Shown here in pieces: positions 1-14,190 of a stretch of 64,000 nt of DNA. Origin of the DNA: Podarcis tiliguerta (taxonomy: Eukaryota). Numbering within the stretch: position 1 is the first letter of the stretch; the number at the start of each line of letters is the position of its first letter. The stretch lies in the NCBI GenBank assembly GCA_965153285.1, contig OZ229112.1; one strand, 5' to 3'. Both the position numbers and the translations under genes were made by a program. The notes beneath the pieces are model-generated. The model had not been told where the DNA came from. It was given only the letters and a program-made list of their open reading frames with translations, and did not search any database.

Positions 1-17
1 TCCACCGCCTCCAACTC

Positions 18-61
18 AGGCATAGTTTCATACTTGAAAGGCATAGTTTCATACTTGAAAG
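18..61. repeat. Perfect 21-bp tandem duplication
   Basis: aggcatagtttcatacttgaa at 18-38 and 39-59. Confidence 0.9.
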
Positions 62-1057
62 TTACATGAAGCTTTACTAGGTGGCATGAATCAGTCAGCT
101 GGGTGGCAAAAAAGAATATGACATGCTATCAAAAATCTTAACACCTACAGGCAATTCCATAGACATAAATGAGAATATTAGCATAACATAACATCCAGCA
201 AAAAGCTTTATATTTTAGTGTCTGAGAAACAAACACAAATGAAAGAAGAATATCTGTGTCAGTTTGTTTTAACCGTGCGTGTCTATGTGTATAATATTTA
301 TTCCATGTGTATCTGCCTTTCTGAAAATAACCTGTTGTAACCTAATGAAGTTATGTGTACTAAGCCACTGAGACCATAATTCTGAAACCGCTTAGCACCA
401 GTGCTGTCATCCAGTGAGCAGCAAATAAGTCTGCGGCTGCTTTTTCACTAAGTGATGCTAACAAATTCCTTTTGGTTCTAACACAGGGGAGATGAGTGTT
501 TGGAACATCAGGATATGGCCAATGCGGCATTTTAAAAATCACTATTTTCAATCATTAGGAATGCCCAAAGAAGTGCAGTTGTCCAACTTGGTCAACTTGT
601 GTGTGTGGTTTTCCATGTCTCTGTAAGCCCATTGGAGTGGTTCAGATGTAGCACCAAACCAGGCATAAGGAACCTGAGCTCTGAGGTTTGAATGGGGGCC
701 TTCTCTCTCTGACCCTCAGGATTCTTTCCAGGCCCCTTCTTCCTCAGACAACATCCCTCATCAGCCCTGCTGTGCACCCTCCTTGAAAGTTTTTCTTTTG
801 TTTTCTTTCTTTTTTTGCCTGACTGATGAGGCTTCTTTCTTACCTGGATGGAGGATAGAGAGGGATGTGCGAGTGTGTGCAGAAAGAAGCCTGCTGTACA
901 AAGGCCAAATTAGCATTGGTTGCTCTAACCACTTTTGCTTTTGGCTCCACGCATTACCAGTTACAAGGCTGCTGAGGAAGGATCCTGGTCCATGAGCTGA
1001 GAAAGGCTCCCTACCTCTGCTCTACATCAACTATGGTTTGTTGGGTAAGGCTGCATG

Positions 1058-1240
1058 CACACTAAATATTTATAGCACATCTGGAACACATTCTTTCCCT
1101 CAAAGAATTCTGGGTACTGTGGTTTATTAAGGGTTCTTGGGAATTGTAACTCCGTGAGAGATAGACCAAGGTGGCCAGAGCTCTTTGTGCAAAAGAATGT
1201 GTTTCGAACGTGTTTTAAGGGTATCCTGTGCACACAGCCT
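1058..1240. mobile_element. Degenerate palindromic MITE (same family as 15843-15989)
   Basis: Shared core caaagaat(t/c)ctgggaac...gggaattgta(a/g)ctc(c/t)gtgag with imperfect inverted ends; another fragment lies near 23690. Confidence 0.55.
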
Positions 1241-1752
1241 AAATCAAGACCAGGTTCACAAATGTTCAAGCAAGCCACTATTTATTTCACTTAATAAATG
1301 TTCTGTCCCCCCTCTCCACCTTCTCTGTGAATAGCTGGTTGCAATACTGACACTTTTTGTGGCCTCCAAGGTCTGTTACTACCAATTCTCTTACCATTGG
1401 GGAGATGCAAAAACAGGCAGAGGCTAAGAGAGGAGCTAAAGAAATAATAGATATTTTAAATGGGGCATATTTTCTGAGATTCTCTGGCAGCTCTTCTGTG
1501 TCTTCGCACACCTTCCCAACCTTCCCAACCTGCAAAGAGGTCTCTTGTTCCCTTGCTTGTTGGTGTTGTGGAGGGAAACACACCGATTGCTGACCTGCTA
1601 GCTTGCATGAAGCAGACATTACTGCTACTCCAAACCATGCAAAGATGCCCAGCACAGTCAACTACGCTGGCAGGTAGATAGCTTCCGAATTTTATTTAGC
1701 CCACTGGGGCTCAATAAAACTCCTGCCTTTGTTGCCCAGCTGCTTCAGAGAG

Positions 1753-1950
1753 CTGGTGTAGCATAGCAACAGAGACCTAGGGAAAATAAAAACACAATAG
1801 CTGCTTTGAGCTTTGCTTCTGCCACACAGCTCACTAGGCAACCCCAAGCAGGCCTCTTGGTCTTAGCCCTTGACCTACGGTATGGGGATAATACTCCTTA
1901 CCAGGTCATCTGCGTGAAGCACTTTTGTGCTGTGTAGGGGCTAAATGCTA
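1753..1950 (+). mobile_element. Old MIR/CORE-like SINE remnant
   Basis: ctgccac...atggggataata...gtgaagcactttt resembles CORE-SINE body and L2-derived tail; highly decayed. Confidence 0.4.
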
Positions 1951-2093
1951 ACTTGGCTTTGCAAACACAGGGGAAGTGGGTTGTCAAGCACTTGCAAGCC
2001 CCTGATGCATGGCTACGTGGTCTGCAATTTTGGTATTCTAGGGTTGTCATGAAGCTTGAACAAAATAAGAATTAAAGACAGGTGCACCAGTGG

Positions 2094-2475
2094 AAAGGTA
2101 AAGGTAAAGGACCCCTGGACAGTTAACTCCAGTCAAACGCAACTATGGGGTTGCAGTGCTCATCTCACTTTCAGGCCAAGGGAGCTGGCATTTGCCCACA
2201 GACAGCATTCCAGGTCATGTGGCCAGCATGACTAAACACTTCTGGCACAATTGAACACAGAAATAGAAGCCAGAGCGCACAGAAACGCTGTTTACCTTCC
2301 CACCACAGCAATGCCTATTCATCTACTTGCACTGGTGTGCTTTCAAACTGCCAGGTTGGCAGGAGCTGGAACAGAGCAACGGGAACTCATTCCATCGCAG
2401 GGGTTCGAACCGCCAACCTTCCATTCAGCAAGCCCAAGAGGCTCAGTGGTTTAGAGCACAGCACCACCTGCATCC
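2094..2475 (-). mobile_element. Sauria SINE (Squam1), near full length
   Basis: (ACCTTT)n tail seen as aaaggtaaaggtaaagg; diagnostic ggtcatgtggccagcatgact and aacgctgtttaccttccc body; tRNA-like B box (ggttcgaacc) at 2402. Confidence 0.9.
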
Positions 2476-3850
2476 AACTTGTGTGTACATTATACTTTAG
2501 CATTCTATAAAATGATGTGGGTGGGAACTGAGGTGTAAGGTAGTTTGTTTATTTTTCTTCTTCTTCTTCCTTACATTGACTACAGCATCACGTTTGTACC
2601 ACAGTCAGAGAGTGGAACAAGAGGGCATGCATGAATGATGCCAGAGGAAAGCACTTTTGTGTGCAATCCTTCAGAGAAATTGTTCAAGAACACTTCATCC
2701 GTGGAACAGATTTCCTCTAATTCTTCAAGGTCGGTGTCTGCATGGGTTATCTGCCAAGTAATTGTCAGTCACTTATGCTGAAAAGGAGCGGGGTCATTTT
2801 AAAGATCAATAGAAAACACAAACATTTTGTGTCATTTTCTACTTTTCATACGACACTATTAGAAAATTGCTACTTTGACAAAACACATTAGGAAAATGTA
2901 CTGTGCTGGCATTTTAACCACTGAGGGAGCCGAGTGGAAAGCAAAATCAGGTGGATGGCAGCAGAGTATTTATGCCAACTGGAAAAAGCAAATTTGTTCC
3001 TGCAGAAATAAGTCCAGACTTGTGCATTCTTTGGAGCTCCTTAAAACAATACATTTCAATGACAATAGAACAATCAGGAGCTTTGAACTGCCCGCTAGTG
3101 GAGTTTCTCATTTGTCTCCTCTTGACAACAATGTTTTGCCCATTTATGTCCCCAAAGCTCAGGCTACCTCCATACTCCAGATGTTATCAGGAGGGCTAAA
3201 TAGAAGCCCTGAAGAGGGTGGCACCAGCTCTGAGTAACAGAATAAGGAGAGGAGTTTCTCATATGTTGTCACTATGCTCATAGCACTCAGTCGTTCATTC
3301 TGTTGTTACTTTCGTATTGGACTGAGCCTTTGACTATAGCTAGGCAGCTGTCCACACATGCTGAAAGAAAATAAACCATTTTTTTTTAAAAAAAATGTTA
3401 TAGGTATGTAAATTAACCCAATACAACTATGCTAGGCAATTGTGTTTATTTGTTTTGAATTTTTTTAGCCCATTCTTCATCAGTATTGATCCCAGGGCAG
3501 ATTATAGAAAACAAAATATCAACAAAAGACAATGCAAACAAACAAAAGCAATTAAAAAGTAATTTAAATAACAGCCATAAGTGCACTCTGAAACAACCTC
3601 TAATACTGCAGCTGGCTTCATCCTTCCAGCACTGAACTAGCAGTACAATCCTCATCATTTCTATTCAGCAGTAAGTTCTGCTGAATCCATTGCAACTTAC
3701 TGCCAGGCAAGTGAGGACTGCGACCTTAGTTAGCCTCCTCACATATGCCTGGACAAATTGGTATATTTTGAAACAAACAAAACCCAAAGTGGGCACCAGA
3801 CACACCTCATAAATGGAGCACCATCCAAGAGAAGGCCCTTTCCTAGACAC

Positions 3851-4031
3851 GTAGGATGCTTCCTCCTACTGAGTCAGACCACTGGTCCATCCAGCTCAGA
3901 ATAGTTTATTTGGACTAGCAGCAACCCTCTAGGATTTCAGGCTGGGTTCCCTCTCAGTCCTACCCAGAGATGCTGTGGACTGAACCTGAGACCTTCTGCA
4001 TGCAAGCAGATGCTCTACCACTGAGCTACAT
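3851..4031 (-). mobile_element. Squam3-type tRNA-derived SINE
   Basis: Reverse complement reads tagctcagtggtagagcatctgcttgcatgcagaaggtctcaggttcagt...gagctggatggaccagtggtctgactcagtag, matching the recalled Squam3 consensus. Confidence 0.8.
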
Positions 4032-5446
4032 AGGAGCCCTCCTCCTATGGCACTGCATAACGCCATATAATTTATTATGATGGGATATCAAGAAGAGCAA
4101 TCTTTGGCATACATTATGGCTCCAGTGGAGCCTCCATCGCTGAACAAGAGGCCCACCTTGGGGTTATCCTGTTCAGTGCCTTGTTCCATTACTGGACCTA
4201 GGTCTGGCGAAAGGTGATAGAGGGACATGGGCAGCCAACATTACATACTGGAAAGGTTGTCAGTGTGATCAACAAACATTTGTACATGAAGCCTTCTGAA
4301 ATCAGTAAATCATCCCCCCCACACACACACAAAGGGTATTAACAAGAACCTCTTTGCTCCTCTATAGAAAGAACATGCTGGGTAAATATTTCATACAAGC
4401 AAAGTTTGCTGTGGTTGTTCCCTATCCCCTGGAAATTATTTAGCAGGACTCATTGTTTCTGTCTGGTTGCACAGATGTTGCAAGTGAGAGATGTGAGCTA
4501 CTGGCCAGCTTCAGGCTCAAGAGACATTTACCTAGACAAGGCAATAAAAATTACGCTGCAAAAAAAAAATTGCAATTAAATGGCAATGTTCATGTAGAAG
4601 AAATAGCAAAACTTCATGAATTAAGCAAGTTGTATTATTTTTAGTGCTATGATTATGTAAAATTATGCCGCCTTTTCATTATATTTTCTGTGGTGAATAT
4701 TTTATTTCATCTACAACTGGGGAATGCCTCGAATTCTCTAGCATGGACATTGTTTCAGATTCCATAGTGAATTATGTTCATTACTGACAGCTCAAGTCAG
4801 ATTCCCCAATTCTGAAAACAAATCTTTCTTGCAAGGGAAAGAGGTACGCTCCATAAGGACTGTTGCCACATATTTTCCACCCATTCCAGTGGGAATTATG
4901 TTGAGTATATGTAATCCTAGTTCTTAGTGGATTGTGCTCTGGAATATTAAGGATGCTGCTTGGCAGTTTCCATTCCTTAACACAACATTTCCATATCAAT
5001 AGCCTTCTTATCTCAAAGAAGATTTTGGAATTCAGAATCCTCTAATAATTCCATTCCCAATCTCCTAATACTATAGCTTGTTATGGTTAACAAATTCTAC
5101 CAAAAAAGCTTCATGTAAATTTCAACCAGTTCTAAATTATCACATCTCTAGTATATGATGAGCAAATGGAAATACAATTTCAATCAATGGAAGATTATCT
5201 GGTATGGCAGAAAAATAAATAAATATAAATGATCAATGGCCATATAACTTCATTTGACAAGATATGACTTGTACAAGACTCTGGAGCAGATTATTTGAGG
5301 CAGGAGCTGAATGAGATAAAGTGTATTGCCAAATATTACTTCACTCCATGTTCCACTGACGGCAGTCTTATTGTCAGTAGAGTAACCTATGGATTTCTTG
5401 CATTTATCTTGTCTAACTTTTTGCAAGTCAGAGGGAAATGTAGCAA

Positions 5447-5612
5447 GCTAGCAATGCTCAGTTGGTTAGAGTGTGGTGCTGATAACGCCAAGGTTGCAGG
5501 TTCGATATCCCTATGGGATAATTGCATATTCCTACATTTCAGGGAGTTGGACTAGATGATCCTCAGGGTCCCTTACAACTCTACAATTCTGTGATTCTTT
5601 GATCTGATTCTA
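5447..5612 (+). mobile_element. SINE with tRNA-Ile-derived head and CR1-type 3' tail
   Basis: gctcagttggttagagtgtggtgctgataacgccaaggttgcaggttcgat follows tRNA-Ile; then ggactagatgatcctcagggtccctt...caactctacaattctgtgattct (CR1 3' end with ATTCT(A/G)TG-type repeat). Confidence 0.85.
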
Positions 5613-5617
5613 TTATA

Positions 5618-5867
5618 CAGTGGTGCCTCGCAAGACGAAATTAATTCGTTCTGCGAGTTTTTTCATCTTGTGAATTTTTCGTCTTGTGAAGCACGGTTTC
5701 CCATAGGAAATGCATTGACGGTTTTAAGAAAAAGGCGCAAGACGTTTTCGTCTTGTGAAGCAAGCCCATAGGGAAATTCGTCTTGCGAAGCAACTCAAAA
5801 AACAAAAAACTCTTTTGTCTTGTGAGTTTTTCATCTTGCGAGGCATTCATCTTGCGAGGTACCACTG
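5618..5867 (+). mobile_element. Tc1/mariner(pogo)-type MITE, copy A
   Basis: TA | CAGTGGTGCCTCGCAAGA ... TCTTGCGAGGTACCACTG | TA; about seven internal ttc(g/a)tcttg(c/t)ga repeats. Confidence 0.9.
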
Positions 5868-6676
5868 TACTTTGATACTTCTGTCTTGCTTATACAATGC
5901 ACTTCAGTTACTTTTTGAAGGCTTTTGATGCATGTTTTTCTTCTTTTAAATGTGTCTGAATAGGAAGGATTTGTGAGGCAGCTGATGTTTCTCCAAAGCA
6001 ATGGGAAACACCAAAAGAATGGCAAACTGTAGAGAAACACAATATTTTCATAGAGAGAACAGGATATGTTCGGGACAGGCTACAGAGCATCCCATCTTCT
6101 TGACCGAGCAGAAAATAAAAACTTTCTACATTTTCTTGCACATTACCAACAAAGGCATGCCATCCTAATCTTCTTTGGGAAGAAGGATGGGATGCAAATA
6201 TAAACTGAATCATCATCCAAGTGATAGGACTGCAAGGTCTAACAGATTCCTATTGTTATGCATCAGGCACAATAGATTTATTGTTCTACCTAGTGAGCAA
6301 AAAAGATAAGATACACCATATGGCCTCTCACAAATAAAGTGTCTTTAAAAAAAAGAACTTCAGAAGAAAAGTTAAGTATGCAAGTCACTTTTACAGCAAG
6401 ATCTTCAGAGTGCATTTATTCCACGGATAGGTGAAAAGGTAAATCTAGGATTTAATGGGCATCCTTATTCAGAACAACAGTGTAATCCCTGGTTCTGCTC
6501 CAGTTAAAATAGTCTTTCTGAGTCCATGTACAATTAATGCTTAAGTTCCATTATAGTTGCTCATCAACACTGTGTTGGGATGAAGTTTTGTCTCTCAATC
6601 TAAGTGAAGTTAGTACTACTAGGGAAGTTAGTAGATGCCTCTAGAGAAATTGAGAGGTGGCTGGAATGTAATCTGT

Positions 6677-6800
6677 TGTGGCAATGCAATATTTGGATGT
6701 GGGAAACAAGGTTCGAATCCCAATTCAGCTATTTGCTCACTGAACAAGCCACTCTCTCTAAGCCTGAACTAGCTCACAGAGTTGCCATGGGGCTAAAATG
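6677..6800 (+). mobile_element. tRNA-derived CORE-like SINE fragment (family also at 29691, 62092, 63460)
   Basis: B box ggttcgaatccc followed by ctctctctaagcctgaactagctcacagagttg, homologous to the other copies. Confidence 0.55.
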
Positions 6801-7131
6801 CTGCTCTAGATTCCATGAAGTTAAATACAACAGACTGAAATGCTATGCCCATTTTCCTTAGAGTAGGTCCTACATTACACATATTAATAAGTTGGACTTT
6901 TTTTATGATGTTGGTATGTTCTATGTCCTGTCTGTTCTTCATTCATAAGAGACCTGTAATGCCCCCAGTCAAATTTCTATATCTCTGTACCTCTATTACT
7001 TTTCTTTATAAAGTGCCTTTACCTTTCTACAATATAGTCATTCAATGTATACCTGTCTTTAATGCCTTCAGTGCAACATGAATCCATTGTAAATGGTGTG
7101 AGTTAGTTTCATTGGGGGGGGGAGCAACTAT

Positions 7132-7171
7132 ACAACAACAACAGCAGCAGCAGCAACAACAACAACAACAA
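7132..7171. repeat. Compound (CAA)n(CAG)n(CAA)n microsatellite
   Basis: Seen directly. Confidence 0.9.
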
Positions 7172-10100
7172 TAAAGAAATTCCAGGTTGCCTGCTATCTA
7201 TATTAAAAACTCATGCAACCAGAAGAACTACATTTCCCAGTGTCCATGGGACCCTGCTTGTTCAGCACTGAAGATACCAAGGACCAATAAAGGCCTTTAA
7301 GAGAGCATTCCCTGCAATTGCTACCAAGGAAGTTTCAATGAAGGAATTGTTACTGTACTTTGATCCTATGCTGTCATATTAGCATATTGTGCACTTGAGT
7401 AAAATTATTCCCACTGCAGATGTTTTAGCATAAATGACTATTAAACCCTCACTCAATCAATCGTTGGTAGGGAGCCTCATATTTGTGCAGCTCAAGGTCC
7501 CCCGTGATTCAAATGATCCTATACTGCAATCTTCTTAAAGGCTGTACAAGACCCTCACATACAAAAAGCAAGGGTAATAAATTCTAAGAAAAAGTTCTAT
7601 GCTACACTCAAAAGTTAGAGCACAAAATTGCACAGAAGAGGCTTATTAAAAGTTACAACATATTATTAAAATACCCTTTGAAATATAAAGCATAAATTAA
7701 ATACAATGTTCCATTTTTGTGTCTCCATAATACTTCCCTTATTTCCAATTTGTTATCTATTGCCGAGCCCTGTACAGTTGTGTATTTCACAGATTTTCAT
7801 TAAGGTGATGTTCACTGCTGGGGCTGCATTTTACCAATGGATGTTGAAAGTTGTATATTGACAATTTTCCCGGTATGTGTTCGTAAAGTGATATATGTGC
7901 ATTTAATTACTTCTGCATTGCTAGAGACCTGAACTGAATACCTTAAGCTCTTTCAGCCTGAATATCTTGCACCAATATGCACATTGCATTTAACAGGTGC
8001 CTCATATTTCAAAATATATTTTAACAGTGTATTATTACTTTAAATAAATCTGCTTTGTGCCATTTTGTAGCCTAACTCCCTGGGTACAGTGTCCTCTTAA
8101 AAGCTTCAGATTTAATCTACAATTCTGAACATGCCTTAGAAAATAAGGCTGCAATCTAAACCCCACAATCTGAAATACTGGGGAGGGAGGTGTTGGGTGG
8201 GGCAGGTGTCTCTCTCTGTGCACAGCCTAAAACAGTTCCACTAGTCTCTGTCCATGGACCGATGCTGGCATCTCTCCTCCAGTGCAGAGCTCCCCATTCT
8301 GCCTGGCAAAATTACTGGCAGCAGGAATCCCACCAACAGTAGCCCATGGAAAACTCCCAAACATTCCATGGGCAGAGAAGGGCTGCACAGACCTGGAATA
8401 CACTAGTTTCCAAGCCAGGCTGACTGCCAGCATTTGAAGACAGTGAACCTGATCTGGGCTCAGTTGCTATATCAGCTCCAGGCTGGCATAGCACCAAGCA
8501 GGATTTTGCCTGCCTTGTGTCCCTGCTGGCATGAATGGCAAGGCTGCAGATGAAGCAATGGCTATGCCACTTCTACACACCCCACTGATGTCCAGGCAAG
8601 TTTATTGGAGTAGGACTTACTTCTGAATAAACATGCCTAGAATTGTTGTGTTAGGTTTCTTACATGCATGTTTCGGAGTGATTGTCCTGGTCCTTATCTG
8701 TTGGGATGTCTGGAGTGTACAGGCACAAGACCAGTCTGGGCTCTTCACCCCTTGAAGAGTGTCCAAGAGGTATCTGTCTTTTCCCAGGATGCATCACAAT
8801 CAATGCCATAAACAGAGAGAAACTGAGATCACAGGCCCTGTAAATCACCCGTTTGTATAGCAGTGTGAAACACATGCTGCATCTCTTACATGGCATGCCC
8901 TTTTGGTCTACTTTGTTAAAACCAATGACAGCAAAAAGGGGCATTGCTAGGTATCTAAAAGACTCAGGGCAGATGTAACATTTGTATATTCTAACTAAGT
9001 GGTATAGATGCAAATTTAGGCTGACTTTCAGAGAAAGAGGACACCCTCCCCACCCACCCCAAAAATCTAGCTGTCAGGTATTTCTCTGAGCTATGTGGTA
9101 CCAAGAGGATTTTCTCTGCCCAGTACATGGCACATGAATTGGGCTCTCTCCCCACCCAGAAGCTATTGGCAAAAACTGATGCTTAGCAAAATGTAACAAA
9201 CATCTCTGGGGAAATTAAGAGGGTGAGTGTCTGGGGTCTCACTAGCACTCGGCTTTGTAGCCATCCTAGTCACCATCTAAGTGAAGACTCGGTGCTCAGG
9301 CCCTAGACAATAAATAACACTTCTCTCTATGGTTATATATGTGTACCTACTATGCACTTAGGTGATTATGAACTGACAAAATGGTCTCTCTGGCCAATGG
9401 AATACCACCATAAATCTGTCCATCTTCTAAGTGCCAAATAAATCATGGTTGTTTTTGCTGCAACACACCAACTACTCCTTTTCCAAAGTTTGGGCTTAGC
9501 TATACCAGATAATCCAGAAGAAGTCTGGAGAGCAGACAAGTTTGGATTTTTGTTCCTGATTAGTCTTTCCCTTATTAAAAAGTAAGCCAACCGAGTAAAT
9601 CAATGGAATAAGCACCCTAAGGCTAAAAAACTAAGGAGAAAGTCCTTGATCTCATTTGGAAAAAGACAAATATTCATAGTGGTATGGCCTGAACACAGGC
9701 ATCCCAGCTGCATTAATCAACACACGGCAGTCCACCCCCCTGAGAACTGCCATCTTCTGAGTGATTGCACGAAATGAAATTCATGGGGCTAGGCTGAGAA
9801 TGGCGGAACAAAACTGGCCTGTTATAACACGGCAACAAAAGTGAGACAGGTTGCAAGGGCTCTTAAAATGAAGGCTTTCTAAATCATTGGGAAGGCATAA
9901 TAATTAAAGTCTTAGAATACAACCATTACAGACAATAAAATTAAAGCCATAAAATATAAGCACTTGGGCAGCAGTGGTCAACAGGCAACAACCATTCTTT
10001 AAAAGTACAATGTTGATTCATATTAGAAAACCCTTTTCTCCACCATTATGTTACTTGCCCATGGGAACAGTGTGTCTGTTCAGATGTCACATACTAAAAA

Positions 10101-11844
10101 GAAATTGAGGTATGTCTCGAGGCATTGCCAATGGGCTAATCTGGCCCTTTATTTTTTTCAAGGTATCTTTTTCCCCCCTTCCCAAAATCTTATGTTCAAA
10201 GAACAGAAAAAGTACTCTAAATGGTGGAGGAAACATAAGAAATAAAATAAGTAAATAAATAAATATTTCCACTTACTTTCTGGATAGCATTTATTATTGA
10301 TATAAAAGGAATATAAAAAGGGCATGCAGCATAAGTTTTAAAGTTATTTTTTAAGGAACACAACAGAAGAAAAACAGAGATATTATTAACCAAACCTAGT
10401 ATCTTAATGTTTTATTTAGAGGCATCAATGTTGAGTTGTAATCTGGAAATATACCCTAATGTCATATTTCCTTATTGGACTAGAAAGAAAGCTAACACAT
10501 TTACTACTACTGTTCCCTCTTATTGTGCTTTTATTTGCAGCAAAATCGCCTATGAAGTTGAATCTATTCTGAAATGCAGCATCAAGATTTGAAGGGGGGG
10601 GCCCACAATGATTAAAGGCCAGAGATCAAAGAAAGAGAGTGAATTGTGTGTGCATCCAAGTATAAAAGCTGCAATAGGTGTAAAGGCTGCAATGCTTTTA
10701 GATCACTACCACACAGAGTATGAGAGTGCAACTTGGTATTGTTGAAGAACATTACAGGAGGTTGTTGGGAAATAGTTCTTACAACTCAGATAAATCATAA
10801 AGGTAGAAGGCACTACTAAAACTCTACTTTTAGAATCTTGCTGTATCTGGTACCACTACCATTTAACATGCTTTATTGCCAACAGTTTCTTAGATACTGG
10901 ACAGAAAATAAGTAAGCACAAGGGGAGTATAGGGAGAGGTCACAGTGTGATGAATGAACAATAGGAAAAGGATACAGAGTCCACTGTTAACAGTAAAGTT
11001 GCAGGTAGAGGCTTTGCTGAAGAAATGGATTTTGTGTAAGGCTGCAATGAATATTCAGGAGTGAACATTTCTGATATGAAATGAGGGGTGTAATTAGAGG
11101 TGGGATGTCCAAAAATGTCTCTCCAAAGACCATCAAATGTTGACTTTTTCACACAGCCATTTGCCCATGTTCATTTTCACTTTGGACAGCTGTTTAGGCA
11201 CTTTTTTTATTCCGTTTCTCCTTATTTTGCACACTGTATTAACTAGCCAATCACAGATCACATGGTGAATGTGATTACTGTATGTTACAATTCCATACTG
11301 CCAATCAGATTTCACATTGTCGCAATATTACAAACATAGCTAATTCATTTGGATAAGTGGGAAGGAACACATAATGAGTGGTGGAAAAGGGGAGTGTGCA
11401 TACAAATGTTTCAGCTTACAAGATAAGATGGACAAAATCATCAGACCTGCTACTACCCTCCCCAAACCATCACCCATAGAGAGGATCTTTTCAGTGTCTG
11501 TGAACAGGGCTGTGAAGTCTGGAGATCTGTTTTGATTCAGCCACAATGTCATGTATAGAATAGGAAAGGCAAGCACCTTCATGAACAGAGAAGGAAAGGA
11601 TGCCACACCATAGGAAGAATTCTATCAGAAGCCACTGAGACAGGAGTTGAAAAAGAAAAGCATTAATAGCAGATGAGTTGGTGCAGAATGAAGAATGCAG
11701 GAAAAGATGAGAAGGAAGAAATGAGAAGGCTGCCTTAAGTACTAAAAGCTTGGTGTGGAGAAAGTGCAATACTTGTGTAAATTCCGGGGGGGGGGGAGAG
11801 ACAGGGGGAGTGTGGGCCCATGTCACACCAGTGCTAAGGGATCA

Positions 11845-11970
11845 CAGACTGCCTATGAGCCACTGAGCCAGTTTTACAGTATTCTTACATATAAAGCCCT
11901 AAACAACTCTAGAGCAGGTTGTCATCTTGGCTGTAAGTCCTGGAAGACCTGTTTCCTGCCTTACAGGCCT
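11845..11970 (+). mobile_element. L2-clade LINE ORF2 C-terminal fragment
   Basis: Translates ILTYKALNNSRAG, resembling the L2-type LTYKALNGLGP motif. Confidence 0.5.
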
Positions 11971-13539
11971 TTTTCCACTGGCCTGGGAGGATGGGGCCCA
12001 GGAATCACTCCAGCTACAAAAGCTAAGGCTGCTGTCTTAGCTGTCTCTGAGTGCAGATCCAGGTCATTGAACCAGAGCTTCCACAGCCACTGCCCAGTAG
12101 ATGTTCTATGCTTATGATAATATTTTATTCTCTTGCTAACTATGCTCTTTTAAATGTGCATTTTTATACTTGACTTCCTATAGTAAGGCTTTGTTTTGAT
12201 TTGATTTTTTTGTTAATTTTGCTGTGTGAAATGTGCATTCTGTAGTTGACCTCCTTTGCAATGTTTTATTTTGAAATCTTTTAATATTTTAGTTTCCTGA
12301 CAATTATGTTGCCTTAAATGTATACTTTGATGTTTTTATGTGTTATTAACCGCTTTGAGGATTTTTTTCCCCATAACAATATAAAGTGGTATAAATATGA
12401 AATGAATAAGAAGACTAAGAATACCTGGAAGATCAACTCTCCACCCCATTGCTCAGTAAGGGCATTGATATCTACAACTGGAACCTGGTTAGTCCTATGA
12501 TAGCCTGATGATTTATGGTGAGACAGAGGTGGGGTTTTTCACTGGTAGTACTGGTGTTGTGGTATGCATTTCCTGCAGAAATATGAGGCCCCATCTATAC
12601 TGGCATTCCGCCCGTTCTTGAAGATGCACCTGTTCACCTTGATCTCTTGACGCAAGACTCATTTTTTATCACTTTTAATTGGATCCTTTTATTGTACTTT
12701 TTAACTATGAGTGTTTATATTGTAATGTTTTAATGTGATTGGGTTTTTTATTTTAATTAGTTTTCATTTAACAATTGTGTATTTTAATCATGTCTGTCTT
12801 GTGTAACTAATTTCCATATTTTGCAAATTGCTTAGAGCCTCGCCTCCATTACAAGTTTCATCAGGCCCTTTAAAACCATATATCATAAATGAATGCACCA
12901 AAATATGTATATAGCTGTATTCCATGCAGCAATGGCATTTGCATTTAAAGCATTGCAGCTAGCAACAGAAATTATGATCCGTAAATGCCCTTCCAGTTGG
13001 TGAGGATAAGATCATTTGAACCTTCAGCAAGCAATTTCCATAGTGTTTAATTGGTGGAGCCATATTGGGAATCATCAAAAAAGAAAAAACATCAGGCATA
13101 CACTGCATATTTGCTAAGAGAAGGAAGGAAATGGGCAGTAACAACAAAGGGATAACTGAGGGCACAACTTAGGCAATATCCACATAATCTTTCACAAGAC
13201 ATAATACAGTACACCACCTACAGATAGTATAATTAACACAATTGTGGTTAGCTTGAATATCTTTAATCCATAGTCATCTTAATTTCCTAAATATCCTTGG
13301 CAGTAATTCCTAAACTGTGGTGTAAGGACTGCTTGTGGTCCACAGGGTGTTTGCAGGTAAAGTTCCATGGTCACAAAGAAATAACACAGCAAAGTCCTGA
13401 AGGCCTTTCCAGCCCAAGCAGTGATAAATGCTGAATTAACACTCAGTTTCCCATTGTTTATTAAAAACAACAAATATATGTTTGTGTGTGTGTGTGTTTC
13501 AAACATACAAATAATTGCAATAAAAACAGCACTGCACCA

Positions 13540-13810
13540 TCCTTTTTATTAAAAGCAGTCAGCTCCCCAAAACCTGTTGGAACAAGAAGGTCTTCACCTG
13601 CTGGCAGAAGGACAAGGAGGGAACCAGTCTATCTTCTCCGGGGAGGGAGTTCCAGTCTGGGAGCAGCTACTAAAAAAGCCCTTTCCCACATCCCCACCAA
13701 GTGTGCCTGTGAGGGGGGTGGGACTTAGAGGCCTCCCCCAAAGATCTCAAAACCAGAGGAACACGGTCTTTCATATAGTTTGAACCTAAGACATACAGAG
13801 CGCTTTACAG
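13540..13810 (-). mobile_element. L2-clade LINE 3' fragment
   Basis: ggtcttcacctgctggcagaagga...gggagggagttccag...aaaagccct is typical of the antisense L2 3' region. Confidence 0.6.
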
Positions 13811-13827
13811 ATTGCCATGTAAGGCTC

Positions 13828-14190
13828 TGTCAGTTTAAGTTCTCCCAGTTTCTTATTTTTCCAACCTTAAATTCAGTTCTCCACATTTCTGCAGCAATTT
13901 GTGATTTAAAAAAACCACTTCTGCATTTTAGTGCAAATTTCTCCTAATAAACACTTTTTCTATGCATTTTGTAAGCATTTTCTCCTAACAGAATGCCTTT
14001 CTCACGTTATGTTCACTAATACATTCATTCGTCTGCACATTTTACATAATATATGCATTTTTGTTATCATTGGTTGGTAAGAGAGCTGCATCACAAAATT
14101 CAGATAAGTATGAATTGCAAAGGATAGAAGTGAAAATTTGATAAATTCGCCTTTAAATACAAACAGACTTGAATTTCTCCTCCATCCCAA
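13828..14190. mobile_element. AT-rich non-autonomous DNA transposon (hAT-like) remnant
   Basis: Repeated tgcatttt/ttctccta motifs and terminus gaatttctcctccatccc. Confidence 0.5.

Noticed and set aside
4740-5290. Possible L1-type ORF2 3' remnant
   Set aside because: Only vague motif resemblance; too decayed to support a call without a search.
5447-5520. Apparent tRNA-Ile gene with GAT anticodon
   Set aside because: Acceptor stem is broken and it runs directly into a CR1-type tail; it is a SINE head.
5640-5860. Regularly recurring 12-mer resembling a CRISPR-like array
   Set aside because: Units are short, irregularly spaced and enclosed by TIRs and TA duplications in eukaryotic DNA; these are MITE internal repeats.
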